From assembly GCA_008632985.1 (NCBI GenBank), contig QPGO01000008.1, forward strand, positions 62,001 through 126,000: a DNA stretch of 64,000 nt, given 5' to 3'. The DNA is from Psammoneis japonica (Eukaryota). The notes beneath the pieces are model-generated. The model saw nothing but the letters and a program-made list of their open reading frames with translations, had not been told where the DNA came from and ran no database searches. Within the stretch, counting starts at the first letter, position 1, and the number at the start of each line of letters is the position of its first letter. Position numbers and translations under genes: made by a program. Positions 62,323-64,000 of the stretch are shown here, one piece after another.

Positions 62323-63250
62323 GGCAGACAAAAATGGTGTCAGGACAATCAATTCTGGTTGGGAAGCGAAGGCAGACTCGAAACTTGGGTGAGAGTGGAC
62401 TTGACTTGAAATGGACTTGACTTGAAATCTTGAACTATCTTAAAATCAGAAGTCGCCGGGCTTTGTTATCCCGTTCGTTGTCAAGTGCTAAACTTCCCAT
62501 CCGGTCCGCCAGAGTTGTGCCGGCACGTCCGAACCCGCAGCCAGCGGCGCTTTGGGTTGCTTGCGAGCGGAGCAGCGGGTTGCAAACCCCTGCAGGCAAG
62601 CTGACCAGAGGTGGACAAGACCCCCGAACCGTTCTTATTTTATGTCGGTTGGATTTCCCGATTGGGCTGGCCAGTTGACGCAGGCGCCAGGCACTGTGGA
62701 CGAACGAACAAACGCGGGAAAGCACCCTCGCCCCAACGCAGGCTGCAATCACGGCTGCTTGCTCTCACAGTCATCCTCGTGGACCTAGTAGAACTGTAGA
62801 GCACCAGCAGTCCGGGGTAGATCAGGTGCAATGGACTCGGTGTGCTTGTAGAGTGGTGGCAAAACCGCAGTCCGAAGAGTGGGTACAGGTTCTTGGCCGT
62901 GAAGACATGTATATATATATATGTCTTCAGCGACGAAGATCCTTGAATATGTAGGGTTCTTGACCGTTAACCGATGAACAGGTATATCAAGGGATGAGGA
63001 TCAAGGATAGGCTTGGATATGACCGTTGAATGTATGTCTTCAGCGATCAAAGGTAGTATAATCAATCCAGATATCCAGCGGTAAGGAGACTTGACGGTGA
63101 CGTTAACTTCCTGCCGATGCCCTGGTATTGAATGCGCGTAGACTTGCCGATGTATGTAGAATATATACGGAGGTCCACGTAGAATTAAAAATAGCGTCGT
63201 TGGTAAATCAACGACGACGATGGCGGTTGCTCAATGGGTTGACAATGAGC

Positions 63251-63263
63251 AAGACTGCTAATC
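63251..63263 (-). promoter_or_regulatory. Putative primer-binding site complementary to a tRNA-Ser(GCU) anticodon arm
   Basis: GATTAGCAGTC abuts the 5' LTR on the element strand. Its complement GACTGCTAATC is the anticodon-arm sequence of eukaryotic tRNA-Ser(GCU). There is no TGG start. Confidence 0.55.
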
Positions 63264-63539
63264 TGACAGAAAATGAAGGCAAATGGCAAGAATTCAAACA
63301 ATAACTCCTTACTGCTGTCTAAATAGCAGATGAGTCTCCGCTCAGAGACCGTTACAGGAGCCGAAAGACGTGTGAGTCGGTATAATCGGGCTACTGTTAT
63401 TATTCTTGTGAGCCTTGTGGCTCGAAAGCAAACTACATCGCGCGTGAACGCGCGGAACTAAAGCACACAAAACTGTGCACGGTAAACTAAACAGCGCGCG
63501 ATACTTCGCGCGCACCTAAATCCTGTTCAAATCCTGTCA
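63264..63539 (-). repeat. 5' LTR
   Basis: TGACAG...CTGTCA; retains 11 TA dinucleotides that are absent from the 3' LTR. Confidence 0.95.
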
Positions 63540-63544
63540 GTGTG

Positions 63545-64000
63545 CTTGCAACAGCAATGCTTTGGCTTCCAAATTTGGCCGCACTTGATTTTGAGTGGCT
63601 CACAACAGCTCCCAAGCTTTGGGTCATTTCTCCTTGGTGTTCTCAAGATTCTTGCTGAGAGCTTGTTCTTGCTGCTTCAACTCAGCTGCGTGATTCAACT
63701 GGAGCTCTCTTGCTTCAACAAGCCTTTGGTGTTGAATTGAATTTCCCTGATCAATCTCCTGAACGTCTGCCACAAGGTTCTCCCATGCTTTTTTTGTTGT
63801 CCCAAGAATGATGTGCAGTGATGCAAGAAGCACCCTGTCAAAATCAACCAGAGTTGGAGGTCGGTTGATCACTGATCCATTTGTCTCAGCAGCTTGCTTC
63901 TGCTTCTTCTTGGTGTTGTGCTTTTGGATGTTGTTGAGTTGTTGCTTTGCCTCAGCTGCCATTTGCAGCTTCATTCCCAAATTCATGTGTCCTTCAATCT
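63545..64000 (-). mobile_element. Upstream part of the RAG1/Transib/Chapaev-like transposase, continuing beyond the window
   Basis: RVLLASLHIILG (LHxxLG motif) followed by a coiled-coil stretch. Same strand as the 55845-56401 fragments. No TA seen. Confidence 0.6.

Larger units (their letters stand above)
56430..63539 (-). mobile_element. Full-length Ty1/Copia LTR retrotransposon (CoDi-like), hypermutated
   Basis: 276-bp TG...CA LTRs; 5-bp TSD GTGTG (56425-56429, 63540-63544); gag-IN-RT-RNase H order; purine-rich tract AAACTGGGGAG next to the 3' LTR. Confidence 0.95.

Noticed and set aside
32900..62400. Classical RIP, simple GC bias or an alternative genetic code as the cause of the TE composition
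   Set aside because: RIP creates TA. CG is not gained, and AA/AT/TT persist. Neighbouring genes use Tyr normally, and the non-coding LTRs show the same change.

Overview
Eukaryotic genomic DNA, most likely from a diatom or related stramenopile. The basis is short GT-AG introns, bipartite plastid presequences on two ribosomal proteins and a diatom-type Copia element. The window holds three things. (1) Housekeeping genes: RCL1, DDX24/MAK5, plastid PSRP6 and RPL9, an ABHD11-like hydrolase, a Methyltransf_16-type enzyme and a kinase end. (2) A cluster of seven secreted peptidase-M64-like zinc metalloproteases with mucin-like stalks, plus four non-catalytic secreted genes sharing a CxxCxxxxC[FY]-type cysteine module. 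(3) Transposons: a tyrosine-recombinase retroelement, a full-length Copia nested in a RAG1/Transib-like DNA transposon, a MITE, a foldback element and degenerate repeats. The strongest signal is that the large transposon-derived blocks, but not the genes, have had nearly all TpA dinucleotides converted to TpG or CpA, i.e. A>G at TpA on either strand. The two Copia LTRs differ almost only at such sites, and conserved Tyr residues in RT and recombinase motifs have become Cys/His. This looks like a repeat-targeted hypermutation system of opposite polarity to fungal RIP. Counts were made by eye and no database search was run.
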